DNA of 64,000 nt, from NCBI GenBank assembly GCA_964016885.1, contig OZ024748.1:6138001-6202000 (forward strand), given 5' to 3'. The notes below the pieces were generated by a model. That model worked only from the letters and a program-made list of their open reading frames with translations. It did not search any database and was not told the origin of the DNA. Source of the DNA: Eledone cirrhosa. Taxonomy: Eukaryota. Shown one piece after another: positions 40,807 to 56,009 of this stretch. A program made the position numbers and the translations under genes. Each line of letters starts with the position of its first letter. Within the stretch, counting starts at the first letter, position 1.

Positions 40807-41000
40807 AAGGGCGGTGGATTGGCAGCATCGGTAGAGGGTCTGACGCCATGCTTTTCATCAAAGAGTTACGGCTCTTTATGGTCTGAGTTCAAATCCCGCC
40901 GAGGTTAACTTTGCCTTTCATCCTTACGGGGTCGATAAAATAAAGCACCAGTAATACACTGTGATAATTGCTGACCTTGTGCCAAAGTTAGAAACAATTA
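40807..41000 (+). mobile_element. Full-length tRNA-derived SINE with ~20-bp target-site duplication
   Basis: A-box and B-box (GAGTTCAAATCC). ATTAACTATTAAG(C/A)AACGTG occurs on both sides (about 40787-40806 and 40997-41016). Confidence 0.88.
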
Positions 41001-41415
41001 ACTATTAAGAAACGTGTTTTCACAAAAGAAGAGCATCAATAACTGTAACAACAAGAACATTAGAGAGCCCTTAATCGGTCGCTGAATTTGTTAAAAAGAA
41101 ATAGCTGCGCCTTCAATTTTGTTATATATCACACTCTAGTTTATTTTAAATCCTATCTCAATAAAACTTTTTCAACATTCAGTGACAAAAACAACTAACT
41201 TTTAAAGTATATAGCATAATTATGAGTCGCTAAATAATTCATTATTGTAATTCTCTACATAACTTTATTATTCTTCAACACACATTTACGTTTTCTCAGC
41301 CCAATTTCATGTTTTCTTAACACAAATTTATTTTAGCGCAACACAAATATAATTTGTCTTAACGCAATCCTAAAACCGTACATGAGAGAAAGGTCACCCC
41401 CCCCCCCCCCTCTCG

Positions 41416-41501
41416 TGTTGTAATGTTGGTGGCTTCTTGGTGTGTGTAATACTTTGAAGCAGGCAGAAAAACATGTAAAGAACTAAGTCTAAAGATCTAA
41501 T

Positions 41502-41583
<82 letters not shown>

Positions 41584-41693
41584 ATTAGATCTTTCAAGAA
41601 TGTGTATAAAGAAGAATAAAAGCGGACGAAACTTTAGACCTAGTTCTTTACATGTTTTTCTGCCTGCTTCAAAGTATTACAAACATTACAACA
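41416..41693. repeat. Inverted repeat around a (TA)n core
   Basis: GTAATACTTTGAAGCAGGCAGAAAAACATGTAAAGAACTAAGTCTAAAG versus its reverse complement at about 41631-41680. Confidence 0.8.
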
Positions 41694-41721
41694 TATATAT
41701 ATAATTGAAATCAGTTAAAAG

Positions 41722-41777
<56 letters not shown>

Positions 41778-42568
41778 TTAAGTTTCGTTGGGTAATTGCA
41801 CCAACTCATTCAGTCTACCTTATTATGATGGAATATTTCCGTGGAGATTTTCGATAGCATAGGAGAGATCAGTCTTTTGGATCATGGGTAGCCACTTTTT
41901 ACTGTCTGATGGTTACAAATCTGCCGGTATTTATGGCTTTCAGGGAAGAGTGAATCTAAAAGTGGCAGGATTTACTACGAATTATCTACAGATTTCCTAC
42001 GACGACGAGTAGAGTAAAATTTGAGGGTATTTGGCAGCTATTTCTAGCAGGAGATGAGACCGCATAGAGTCTATGACCTCTTCATGTTCACGTGCGTGGT
42101 AGACGAGTGGCATTAGGTACAAATTCCAAATAAATGTCAGTGGGTGTATATGTGCATACATACATATATACCGACTATAAATGTGTATATAACCTGTATA
42201 TGATTTCAATCCTTCACATGGAATTCAATACACGGTGTATTGGGTAAAGATTTGACGTGGTGATGAAACCCAATATTCAGTTGAGATATCGATAACATAA
42301 GCATTTCTTTTAATACCCCTGGTCTTTCATTACAGACACACGGACATACACACATACAAACATACATACATACTTATATACATACATACTTATATACATA
42401 CATGAACACTGAAGCACACAGAGGCTTACACCCACCCACCCACACACACACACACACATATATATATACATACATAGGTACATCTCTATAAAAAATACAT
42501 TTGTGTCGATGCATATATACAGATAGATACACGTACAGAGACACACAAACACACACATTTATATATAT

Positions 42569-42743
42569 TATACAGGACTAGAACTGTTTCATTCTTTAGA
42601 AATCATCAGGGATTCCTGATGATTTCTAAAGAATGAAACAGTTCTAGTCCTGTAGAATCTCATCTATATTAAAACTGTTATACTCTGCAATGTATTGAGT
42701 ACCTTACTTATTGTGGTTACCCCCGATTCAACCCGGAATAACG
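42569..42743. mobile_element. Fold-back family A2 with CTGATGA..GAAAC hammerhead core on both strands
   Basis: Palindrome centred near 42612 (TCATCAGG-gatt-CCTGATGA). The core CTGATGATTTCTAAAGAATGAAAC is nearly identical to the array ribozyme core. Confidence 0.8.
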
Positions 42744-42844
42744 TATATATATATATATATATATATGATTTCTAGTCTAAGCACAAGGCCAGTAATCTGG
42801 AGGGAGGGGAAAGTCGATTAAATCGACCCCAGTACGTTACTGGT

Positions 42845-42876
<32 letters not shown>

Positions 42877-43959
42877 ACTAAAACTGAATACTAACTAATA
42901 CTTATTACTAATTTATACTTATTCCTAATTAAACTACTTTTAACTGGGAAAGATTTGTCAGCATTTTCTTTTCCTTTTTACTAATATATATATATATAAG
43001 GGATTTTATATACGTGAAACCTTTATCTGTTAATTGAATTCAAATCTTGTTAGTAAACTGTAAATATTAATTTTAACAGAAATGTGGCAATACTTTCGAA
43101 GTTTTAGCTTGATCACTTCATTCGAGAAGTACAGAGTTCCATTCTCTGTCGCGACTGCTGCCCAATTTTTCTAATTATGGGGTTATTATACCCGAGATTT
43201 TCTTAGCTCTGTGCACAGTTATTTACTGCATTCGAGATTTTCTATATTTGTTAAACATATATCCAATCCAATGCAGGCCCTTCTCACTCTTGTTGGAGTA
43301 ACTCTTCTAATACCTACCATTAGGCCACAAAGAATCTCACAATAATAATGTCTGTATTAATTATAATGTCTAGCACATATATATAAAACAAATGTTATAA
43401 ATACTGAGGCTGAGACATGAGGGTGGAGAAAACAAAGATATCTATAAAAGAAAATAAATTTAGGGTAGATGAAAGAATTTTTAGACTAGACGGATAGAAA
43501 ACATAGCATGAAGCATGTATAAAACTGAAATTTAATATGCAGTCGTCTCACCGTAGGAGACTATAATAATACCAATCATAAACAAAAGTGCAAATTGTTC
43601 CGTCTCCAGGATTATTTAATTCGCAACAATTATTTATAGAGGTCGACGCTTACTAGATAAATTTCTTATGGGGGGAATATATATTCAATTAAAAATAATC
43701 TTAATGCTCAAAAACATCTGATATAAATATTTTAAAATATTTAGGGTTACCTACCCTCAAAAGAGTAAGAGAACGCATGAATTAAGGGATGTCAGATCAC
43801 CCCACCACATTTCTATACACCACATATAATAAACTTTCCCGGCAGAAATAATACTGAAAACGTGAAAGTGCATGTATGTATATATTTGTTAATATTAATG
43901 AAAATACATATACGATACTATATAAATGCAATATGGGCGTTTACAGAAATGTATACGTC

Positions 43960-44002
<43 letters not shown>

Positions 44003-44009
44003 ATTAAAT

Positions 44010-44453
44010 AATATTAAATAAATGGAAACTATATTTATAAAACCATATTTATTTCATTATATATATTTCGGGGATATCATATTAACAATATGCTATGCCT
44101 TCCTCAGACAAAATACAATATAAACAGTTTTATAGACAAATAGATTCGACATACCGTTATAACACCGACTTCCATTTGAAGAGGTTTTAAACCTCTTCAA
44201 ATGGAAGTCGGTGTTATAACGGTATGTCGAATCTATTTGTCTATAAAACTGTTTATATTGTATTTTGTCTGAGGAAGGCATAGCATATTGTTAATATGAT
44301 ATCCCCGAAATATATATAATGAAATAAATATGGTTTTATAAATATAGTTTCCATTTATTTAATATTGTAAATATACTCCAAATATTTGTCGAGTGCTTTT
44401 ATATCAGTTATAAATATTTACTAGTTGTAACCCAACAATTTTAAATATAACTT
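44010..44453. mobile_element. Fold-back family D: perfect palindrome with 178-bp arms (44010-44366, centre 44188) plus tail
   Basis: Arms are exact reverse complements. Related sequence at 55572-55908, 56324-56590 and 45230-45268. Confidence 0.9.
44261..44326 (+). ncRNA. Candidate type I hammerhead (family D); mirror copy on the minus strand at 44050-44115
   Basis: Helix I TATTTTGT/ATGAAATA, core CTGAGGA, helix II containing CATATT/AATATG, GAAA, minimal helix III ATATATAT, AUA site. Confidence 0.6.
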
Positions 44454-44456
44454 TCC

Positions 44457-44516
<60 letters not shown>

Positions 44517-44547
44517 GCATGTGTGTATATATATATATATATATAAG

Positions 44548-44632
<85 letters not shown>

Positions 44633-44710
44633 AAGTTTGTCCTTCACCAGTGATCTTCCAACCATCATAGGCATTTCATCGCTTTAAAGACCATATATAT
44701 ATAAGTATAA

Positions 44711-44770
<60 letters not shown>

Positions 44771-44826
44771 ATAATAATAAACTTGAAGACTAAAATCCAA
44801 AGAGGGCTCGATAAGGATAAATATAT

Positions 44827-44881
44827 AGAGTTTCAGAAGATCCCGTTAAGGGTGAAAGCAGCGATTCTTTGCTTAAACTTT
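44827..44881 (+). ncRNA. Candidate variant hammerhead (family B, core CAGAAGA)
   Basis: Helix I AGAGTTT/AAACTTT, helix II CCC-gttaa-GGG, GAAA, helix III AGCA/TGCT, CUU site. Confidence 0.5.
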
Positions 44882-44927
44882 AATCTGTTATTTTAATAAA
44901 TATATATATATATGTATATATTTTTAT

Positions 44928-45020
<93 letters not shown>

Positions 45021-45419
45021 ATATATATAATATACCTATATATATAATACATATATATCTATATCTATATATATGTATTATATATATATATATATATATA
45101 ATACATATATATAGATATAGATATATATAATACATATATATATATAATACATATATATAGATATAGATATATATAATACATATATATATAGATATAGATA
45201 TATATAAATATATATATATAATATATATGCAGAGAATTCAACAAGCTTAAACATTTTATAACTGATATAATATATATATATATATTATAAAATAACAGGA
45301 GGTTGGACTGGTGTAATTCTTTAAAGGTTTATCCAGTGGTGAAACAACAAACCTAAATGTATATATATATATATAATATATTTACAAATATACAAATATA
45401 TGTATATATAGCATATATA

Positions 45420-45482
<63 letters not shown>

Positions 45483-45854
45483 ATACAATATACTGTATGT
45501 ATATATATATATATATATATACATATTTAAATGTAAATTTATTATATATATATATGTATTTCATTTTATATATATATATATATCATATATATGTTGGGAG
45601 GTGGAGAGTAGGCGATTTTACAAATAGATATATATATACGTAAATAAGTTTATAAATTTGTACATACATATATATACATTCATGTATGAATACATCAATT
45701 CTAAAAATTATTTATGTATATATAGATAAATATATCGATATTTATACGTCCCGTCAATGTACTTTTAGCTCTCAATACAAACAATTGAATGAGCGGTTGT
45801 ATGTATGTATGTATGTATGTATGTATGTATGTATGTATGTATGTATGTATGTAT

Positions 45855-45955
45855 GTTTGTATATATATATGTATATATATATATATAATAGTGATAATAA
45901 TAAATGTGAAGACTAAAATCCTAACTTTAATCTGTAAATAAATCTGTTTAATAAA

Positions 45956-46037
<82 letters not shown>

Positions 46038-46052
46038 GATATATATATATAT

Positions 46053-46096
<44 letters not shown>

Positions 46097-46134
46097 ATAT
46101 ATATATATCCATACATATATACATATATATACAT

Positions 46135-46196
<62 letters not shown>

Positions 46197-46286
46197 TTAT
46201 TAAACAGATTTATTTACAGATTAAAGTTTAGATTTTAGTCTTCACATTTATTATTATCACTATTATATATATATATATATACAAAC
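45855..46286. repeat. Inverted duplication of an internally deleted family B element around a (TA)n core
   Basis: 45885-45960 is the reverse complement of about 46193-46265. The inner microsatellite variants are also mirrored. Confidence 0.85.
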
Positions 46287-46357
<71 letters not shown>

Positions 46358-46377
46358 CAAACATATATAAATATATA

Positions 46378-46440
<63 letters not shown>

Positions 46441-46596
46441 TATAAAAAAGTTCGCTCTACATGGTTGAATATATATATATTTGTATGTATGTATGTATGT
46501 ATATATGTATGTACATTTATATATACAAAGGATGACTGAATATGTATACGTGTCTATAAATAATAATACATTAGATCTCTCTCTCTCTCTCTCCCC

Positions 46597-46629
<33 letters not shown>

Positions 46630-46897
46630 AACATAGTTTTGTGTGGATATATAGATATGTTTGCTTGTTTCATTGTTTGTGTATGAGTGTATGCATATGT
46701 ATCTCTGTGAGGTCTGTGTATCTGTGTATCTGTGTGGATGTTTCTGTGTAAACTCTTCACATCGCTTAGATTGCAACAACGGCCGATTAAAAACAATAAA
46801 AAAATAAATTGTTTCATTATAGCAAAGATTATTGGTGTTAAATATCGATTAGTTAGTTTTAGGTCAATATCATGAAGGTGAAGTATCGAAATTATAA

Positions 46898-46950
<53 letters not shown>

Positions 46951-46955
46951 ATAAA

Positions 46956-47008
<53 letters not shown>

Positions 47009-47123
47009 CTGTGTATGTATATAACGCAATTATAGATATAAACCCAATTGAAATCATGATTTCGTCATATATGTATATCAGTATGTGTGTGTCTCTGTGC
47101 CTGAGTATGTGAGTGGATGTATA

Positions 47124-47193
<70 letters not shown>

Positions 47194-47260
47194 GTTAATT
47201 ATGCTAATTGGGAGAGGAAATAGTATATATTTTATCTTGTGATTCTATAGACATGTTTTA

Positions 47261-47332
<72 letters not shown>

Positions 47333-47494
47333 GCACACACACCCACATATGTGTATATATATATTATTATTATTATTATTATTATTATCATTATTATTAA
47401 TGAAGTTACGTGGGTTTGTGTTTAGGGCTCAGGATTGTAAGTAAGGTGGAGAATTCAATTGTTGCACCATGCAGCTCGTTATAACAACGAACAA

Positions 47495-47665
47495 ACACTA
47501 TTTCACGTTGCTATTTCTCGTCCATTCAGCTGGCAAAAATGAGTTATACCTGTAACTCAAGGCATCGGCCTTTGCAGACATTTTGTCACGCTGAATGTCC
47601 TTCAGAGCTAAGTAAAGAGTACACGTGTCAGTGTAGTGCTCCGTTAATTCCACGAGCAGTTCTGC
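47495..47665. mobile_element. Diverged SINE of the second family, opposite orientation to 40580-40785
   Basis: GTTAATTCCACGAGCAG is the reverse complement of CTGCTCGTG(A/G)AATT. GTCCATTCAGCTGGCAAAAATGAG is also present. Confidence 0.55.
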
Positions 47666-48405
47666 TTTTTGGCTTATCTGCATCTTTGCTTGTCGGAAAA
47701 GACTGAGATACATCAACAGTAATATATACAGTAGATATGATATACATACCAAGACATTCCAGTTCTAACTACCCTGCTCAGTTTATCAGATATAATATAT
47801 GAATTCTAGATTATCCAACATTTCCTTCCTTAAATTTGTGTCATTATGGTATAATATGAAGTCGATATAGCTGTCAAAACAAACAAGTTGACCTTTGTTC
47901 TTGAGCTACCAGACGTTGATGTGAAAGGGCAATATCAGAAATCCATACCACGGGGTGATTCTGAAGATATTAATGGTCAGGGATACAGGGTAATCCCCTT
48001 TTTAATGTTAGTATGAAATCGAACGATTCAGCAGATGTTATGGATATTATAGGGTTGCATATTAAATATAGATACCTGTAATGTGTATGTCTTGAAGCAG
48101 TAATATTCACGAGTCAACTGAATGCATTATACATCAAATGCCACTGGATTGTGTGAAACTATAAGAATTACCTATATAGGTATTATATAAGAAAATACAA
48201 TATACAAAAGATGATATTAAACACCTTGTCTTAACATATCCACTGTATCTGCGGGTATGTCTCGTTGAATAATGTCAGAGACACAATTATTGTGGCTGGA
48301 AATATTCACACAGAAACGTCTACATAGAAGACTTGAGATGAAAGCATATATATATTATATATAATATACATATATAATATAATATAATACATATATATAT
48401 ATGTA

Positions 48406-48459
<54 letters not shown>

Positions 48460-49122
48460 GCCCGTGGATATTGTTACAGTATATGCAACATACGCATTGT
48501 GCAACTAATATTTCTCTCTCTGTCTTTAAGTATCTCTCTCTCTCTCTCTCACTTTCTTTGCCTCAAATTTGCATGTATATATATACATATATATATACAC
48601 ACACACTCATATATATATATATAAGTATGTATGTATATATATATATAAGTATGTATGCACACAGACTAATGGAAACGAAACATCATTGTTTGGCAAATGT
48701 GGTATTGGCATATTTTTGCGTTATTACAATTATCATTGGTCATCATCATCATCATATTATAATTATTATTGTTGTGGTGGTGGTGGTGGTGGTATACACA
48801 ATGGTGGTAGTTTTAGTGATAATACTGGTGGTTGTTTACATGTTGGCATTGTTGGTGCTGTTGGGTGTTGGTGTATGGGATGTTAAGGTTGTTTATTTGG
48901 TAGGATTTGTATAAAGATGAAACGTGTGAACAAGTTAGAGTTACTAAATAAACAAAGCAACCGCCATATTTTAACCTATTCATATATAATTGCGCACCAC
49001 GGGGCAACCACATGTTATTTTGATGTTCTCCGTAGAGGTTTAGATACATACCTACAGTTTATATTTACACATCTCTCTCTGTCTCTCTTTTTTTATCTGC
49101 TGCTTGTTGCACATCTGTTGAA

Positions 49123-49187
<65 letters not shown>

Positions 49188-49238
49188 ACTCTCTCTCCTA
49201 CTTCAGATGCATCATTGCATATATTTATATGATTGTAT

Positions 49239-49316
<78 letters not shown>

Positions 49317-49478
49317 AATAATTGTATCTAGTTTAGGCACAAGGCCAGCAATTACCCAGTGCATTACTGGTACTTTATTTTATCGACCCCGTAAGGATGA
49401 AAGGCAAAGTCAACCTCGGCGGTTGTAATAATATATGTAATAATATTTTCGAAACAGCGAGTGAGTTTGAAATTATAA

Positions 49479-49875
49479 ATGTAAGCTATCGCCGTATTTT
49501 GACTAAATAAATTAAAGAAAATTATTTAGTCTGATAATGGAGTTAAGAACCCTCGGACTATGTAAAAAGATGAGTATTGACGTACATGTAGGTCAATACT
49601 CATCTTTTTCCATTTCTCCGAGAGTTCTTAACCCCATTATCAGACTAAATAATTGTTTCTACTTTTGGCACAAGGCCAGCAATTACCCAGTACATTACTG
49701 GTACTTTATTTTATCGACCCTGTAAGGATGAAAGGCAAATTTAACCTCGGCGGGATTTGAACTCAGACCATAAAGAGCCGTAACTGTGCTGCAAAGCATG
49801 GCGTCCGACCCTCTACCGATCCTGCCAATTCACCACCCTTTTCTTTATTTATTTAGTCAAAATACGGCGATAGCT

Positions 49876-49880
<5 letters not shown>
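49479..49880. mobile_element. Fold-back family E palindrome with a SINE (49651-49838, minus) nested in its right arm
   Basis: ATGTAAGCTATCGCCGTATTTTGACTAAATAA at the left end and its reverse complement at the right end, centre near 49586. Single-arm copy at 60737-60841. Confidence 0.85.
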
Positions 49881-49960
<80 letters not shown>

Positions 49961-49965
<5 letters not shown>

Positions 49966-50140
49966 ATTCTACAGGACTAGAACAGTTTCATTCGTGAGAA
50001 ATCATCAGGGCTTCCCTGAACATTTCTCACGAATGAAACAGTTCTAGCCTGTAGAAGCTTTTCTATATTAAACATGTATACTCTGCTTTGTATTGAGTAC
50101 GTTACTTACTGTGGGTACCCCCGATTGAACCCGGGATAAA

Positions 50141-50141
<1 letters not shown>
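49961..50141. mobile_element. Fold-back family A2 copy (intact CTGATGA..GAAAC core on the minus strand)
   Basis: Similar to 42569-42743. Palindrome centred near 50012. Confidence 0.8.
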
Positions 50142-50184
<43 letters not shown>

Positions 50185-50244
50185 AGTGTGTATGTGTGCA
50201 TACACATGCATTTGGGAATCAGTCTGCCAGCCTATCTTTCTCCC

Positions 50245-50289
<45 letters not shown>

Positions 50290-51654
50290 TGTGTGTGTGT
50301 GTGAAAATATATATATTAGTTTAACACTTGATATACTCGGAAAATAACTTCAAAGTTTCAGACGACTGTCTTTTATCAGAAAATTGAACAGGAAATCACT
50401 GAAGAAATAGAATAATGGGAGAAAGTAAGAAAAAAGGGTTTTTTTTAGAGAGAAATTACAAAGTGTGTACAGGTAGTAATTTTGAGGGGGGGGGGTCTGT
50501 GTTGGAGTGGCAGTAAAAGAGAAATAGAGAGAAAACATAGTTTTCTAACATGTGAGGAAGCGTGTGTATGTGTGCGTTTAATATATGTATGAGGTAACGT
50601 TTCGGTTTCTGTGTACGCAGTCTTCAGAAAGTATGTCAAAATATATAGCAGGTATTTTTCGTGTATATATATATATATGCATGTATATAATGTATACACT
50701 TATATATATCTATGTATATAGGTAAATATATATGGATGTATCTGTGTATGTATGTGTATAGGTTTGAACGTATGTGGAAGTATGTCTGCTTAAAGGTATG
50801 CAAGTGTGTATGTAGATGTAGATATGTGTGTGTATATGTAAGTGTGCAGGTTTAAATAATTCAATTTAATATATGAGAGAGTGACACAGGTGTCTATGTG
50901 TGTGTGTGTGATAATATATATACATCTATATACATATATATATATATATATATATACATATATATATTTGTGTGTGTGTGTGTGCGTGTATATATATATA
51001 TTTATTTGTATATATAAATATATATATGTATACATTTATAGTTATATATATAAATATATATATAGATATATGTATAATATATATCAATATATATATGTAC
51101 ATATATATATATATATACATGTATATCAATATATATATATACATATATATATTGATATATATTGTAAACACACTGCTATTTAGAAGATAAATACAATTAC
51201 GGTGTGAATACAATAGAAATCAAGGCTAGAACAGAATCACTGATGCAGTAACATACATCTTGTTAACCAGTGGACCGATCATCGATTGGGGATCGATCTC
51301 TGATTCATATTAGCTGAAGTATGATAGAGGAGATAGGTCGTTGGTGGTGCGAATTATCTATTTATGTTTGGGGTAGTTAGTGGTGATGTATTTTCTAGAT
51401 TTTTTTAATTTAATTTTGTTTGCGTGCACACACACACACGCACACACACACAATGTGTGTGTAAATATATACAGACACACACACACCCAACAAACACAAT
51501 GTGTGTGTATATATATATATATTTGTATGAATATATAGAGATACATAAATAAATGTGTGTGCGTGAGTGTTTTTATTCAATAATATTTGGTCTTCACAGT
51601 TGGTAGATGAGATAAAATAATTATAAATATTTTTTCCAATATTAGAGACACACA

Positions 51655-51715
<61 letters not shown>

Positions 51716-51750
51716 TATATAATATATATATATATATAAAATATATATAT

Positions 51751-51797
<47 letters not shown>

Positions 51798-52026
51798 ATA
51801 TATATAATTACGTGTGTCTGAGTGTGGTTACATTTTCGCGGTCTGAAGTGTGTACCTGTGTGTGTTGGGTTTGTTTCCTCAATCCTATATTTAGAATATT
51901 TCTGATATCGATATATTCAATAAATATTGGGATCTGAATTATTTCTCTTTATTGCTGTTTATATGTGTTAAAATCATTTGTGTATAAACATATATAAAAT
52001 ATAAAACTATCTTCTTCCGAGTTTCA

Positions 52027-52073
<47 letters not shown>

Positions 52074-52151
52074 CTCTCTCTCTCTCACACGCACACGCAA
52101 TTTCTCACTATTTATTTAACTTTCCTTCTCTCTCTTTCTTGTATATGTGTA

Positions 52152-52227
<76 letters not shown>

Positions 52228-52270
52228 AAAATATATATAAGTATATATATATATATATATGTATATACAA

Positions 52271-52322
<52 letters not shown>

Positions 52323-52373
52323 GCATACATATATATTCATATGCATATAACCACAGGCACACTCAATCTCTCA

Positions 52374-52429
<56 letters not shown>

Positions 52430-52550
52430 ATGTATATATATATAGAGAGAGAGAGATTATGATTGCTCCTATGGTTGTGTTTTTGTATAGCTGTGTGTGT
52501 ATTAATAAACAGCCATGTGCAACAGGTTATGAAATAGCCCCATGAATAAT

Positions 52551-52742
52551 AATTGTTTCAACTTTTGGCACAAGGCCAGCAATTACCCCAGTGCATTACT
52601 GGTACTTTATTTTATCGACCCCATAAGGATGAAAGGCAAAGTCAACCTCGGCGGGATTTGAACTCAGAATGGCAAAGGCCGTAACTCTATGCGTCAAAGC
52701 ATGGCGTCCGACCTTCTACCGATACTGCCAATCCACTGCCCC
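52551..52742 (-). mobile_element. Full-length tRNA-derived SINE with target-site duplication
   Basis: GCCCCATGAATAATAAT at 52537-52553 and 52738-52754. Confidence 0.88.
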
Positions 52743-52785
52743 ATGAATAATAATGAACATTATTGTGTAGAGTGCTCAGGCACTA

Positions 52786-52823
<38 letters not shown>

Positions 52824-53692
52824 TGGAAATATCCAAGAGTAAAAGCAGTCAGTCCACAGACGAGTTTAGTACAAATAATTACAAAAGTGACATAAACAGG
52901 TACTCAAGATTCGTTGGGTTCTGATCCCATATCTATTCAGCCTGGCATGAGAAATATAAAAACAAAAACTATATATATATATAAAGAGAGAGAGAGAGAG
53001 ATAGAGATAGAGAGAGAGGGGGAGAGAGAGAGAAGAGAGAGAGATATGTATATATGAATATTGTAATGTAAAGAAATATGATTAAATCGAAGACAATTTT
53101 ACGAAACAAATTAATAACAACTTCATTGGGGTACAACAACAACACTACTAACTAACAACAACAATAGCTTTGACAAAAAACAACAACGACAAAATCACTA
53201 ATAACAACAAAACCCATGTCTAAACGTTTGCTAAATCCTCAATAAAAGTTTACAACAAAATACATGAACAGAAAATGTGTGGTTTCTAATTTAGTACGTT
53301 CTGGTTTCGGTTTACACCGGAAAATAATAGAGATGATGATGCCATCTGTCGGTAAATGGAAGAACCAACAAGCTTTGCTGTGAAGTAACCGTGACTGTGA
53401 TGTGACTGTGCCGTGACTGTGAAGAAATGTATGATGGGAAATACGGACCGTTGTGAAAATGTCGCTTATTATATCAGGTTGTATTCAGTTACGATTCTAA
53501 TCGTACGTTATATATTTCTTGATGTGTAGTTTTGTATGAATTTATATTGATAATTTCATTTGTATATCGTACAACAACCTATATATTTATTAAATAAGTC
53601 TTTCTGTTTACCTGTCTTTCTCCCTATCTGCCAGTTTCTACTTCGTACATTCTCTCTTTCTTTACCTATCTCTCTATCTATCTATCTATCCA

Positions 53693-53786
<94 letters not shown>

Positions 53787-53911
53787 TATCTATCTGTCTG
53801 TCTATCTATGTATTTATTTGTTTATATATCTATCAATCTATATACCTATCGAGATATCCGTGTGTGAATTGATAATTTTATATTTATGTATCTAACTCTC
53901 CATCTTCGGCC

Positions 53912-53970
<59 letters not shown>

Positions 53971-54618
53971 TATATATATATATAGAAAGAGGACTCGATA
54001 AGGATTGTGTATATATGGCTTCAGAAAATCCCGTGTAGTATGAAAGCAGAAATTCTTTGCTTAAATTTTAATCTGTACTAATAATTTATATATTTATATA
54101 TATATAATATATCAGTTAATTCGATAATTTTAGCAACAATGGTTCCAGTATAAACATTCAATGCTATATCAGAGTGTATAAATTAAGTATAACAAGATAA
54201 AGATTCACATAAAAGATTTTATTATCCGTAACTGATCGATAATCAATAAAAAATATTCATGTGAAACATCGTCTTGCTATACTTAATATATATATACGTA
54301 TGTGTGTCTTTGTGTATATGTGTGCATCATTGAGGCTAGAATTTATTATACGGTATTACTTTCTCGCATTCGTCGGTGGCAAATACGAGAAAGTTCTCAA
54401 GGAAAGTTAACCAGGAATCTTAAAAAAATCTCCCCACCGAAGTTAACAAAGAACTTACTAGATCTATAAAACCAAAACCAAATTGTAAAATTATGAGATA
54501 AAATTAGATTAAATTGTTTAGAACTACAAGTGAAGTCATTCTTTTTTCTTTTTTTAAATATACCTAACTGTACCAAGGATTTCACATATTTTCCAATATA
54601 TATATATATATATATATA

Positions 54619-54779
54619 TAACGAAGGAAATGTGGTAAGGAACCAGGTGAACCATAACACACCAAAGTACACAATACTTAGGGTAGTAGAGTGGGTAATA
54701 GAGTGACTAAAAAATGATTTTTTAGTCCAGAATTAGCCGTCGAAACGGCTTGAGCTCAGCCGTCGGAGTCCTACTCGTT

Positions 54780-54784
<5 letters not shown>
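54619..54784. mobile_element. Fold-back family C copy
   Basis: Matches 34859-35062. Confidence 0.75.
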
Positions 54785-54826
<42 letters not shown>

Positions 54827-55008
54827 CGGTTAATTCTCTACACAACCTGAAAATAGGTTATATCGAATTAGACGTATAAATGTCTATCCATTGATTAAAC
54901 TTTAATCTGTACTTATAATTTACGGGTTTATGTATAATTATAGATATATATACAATCCTTTTCAAGCCCTCTTCAGATTTTCGTCCCTGCTTTACTATAT
55001 TTTAACAT

Positions 55009-55120
<112 letters not shown>

Positions 55121-55253
55121 GTGTGTGTGTGTGTATATATTTATATATATATATTGGTAAAAATTGTGTTTTTTTACACGCGTAGCCGGCCGAGAAAATA
55201 CTTTAAGATAGTGTATATATGTCTTAAAACCATCATTACTCTGTGAACATACA

Positions 55254-55319
<66 letters not shown>

Positions 55320-55485
55320 GCTTCACAAAAAAAAAATACATATATATATAATGCGTAAACATGTTTTAGTAAGGAATCGCAATCTCTATATATTCTTCAA
55401 TATAAGCAAAATCAATTTTTCTATTAAAGGTGTTTGAAATATTTTTCAACGAATATACATACATTTATCTAGAAACATAAATATA

Positions 55486-55573
<88 letters not shown>

Positions 55574-55802
55574 GAGGTTATATTTAAATTGTTGGGATTC
55601 AACAAGCTTAAATTTTTTATAACTGATATAAAGCACTCAACAAGAGAGTGGAGTAAATATGCAATATATTAATAAATAGAAACTATATTTATAAAACCAT
55701 AATTATTTTATTATATATATTTCAGGGGCGACCAAGGTCAATTATGGTGATAAATATTGTAATAAATATTGTATGTCAATATTTATTTATAAAACAAATC
55801 TG

Positions 55803-55868
55803 TATTTTATCTGATGAAAGCGCCCCATAATTTACCTTGGTCGCCCTTGAAATATATATAATAAAATA
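55803..55868 (+). ncRNA. Candidate type I hammerhead (family D, inside inverted element 55664-55908)
   Basis: Helix I TATTTTAT/ATAAAATA, core CTGATGA, helix II region with GCG../..CGC, GAAA, ATATATAT helix III, AUA site. Confidence 0.6.
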
Positions 55869-55903
55869 ATTATGATTTTATAAATATAGTTTCAATTTAT
55901 TAA

Positions 55904-56009
<106 letters not shown>

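Noticed and set aside
47455-48260. Ankyrin/RING-like peptide fragments (LHHAARYN, FCHAEC, IAVKTNKL..PDVDV)
   Set aside because: The Cys-rich part falls inside a SINE on the opposite strand, and the remaining fragments are too short and discontinuous. A tBLASTn/HMMER test would be needed.
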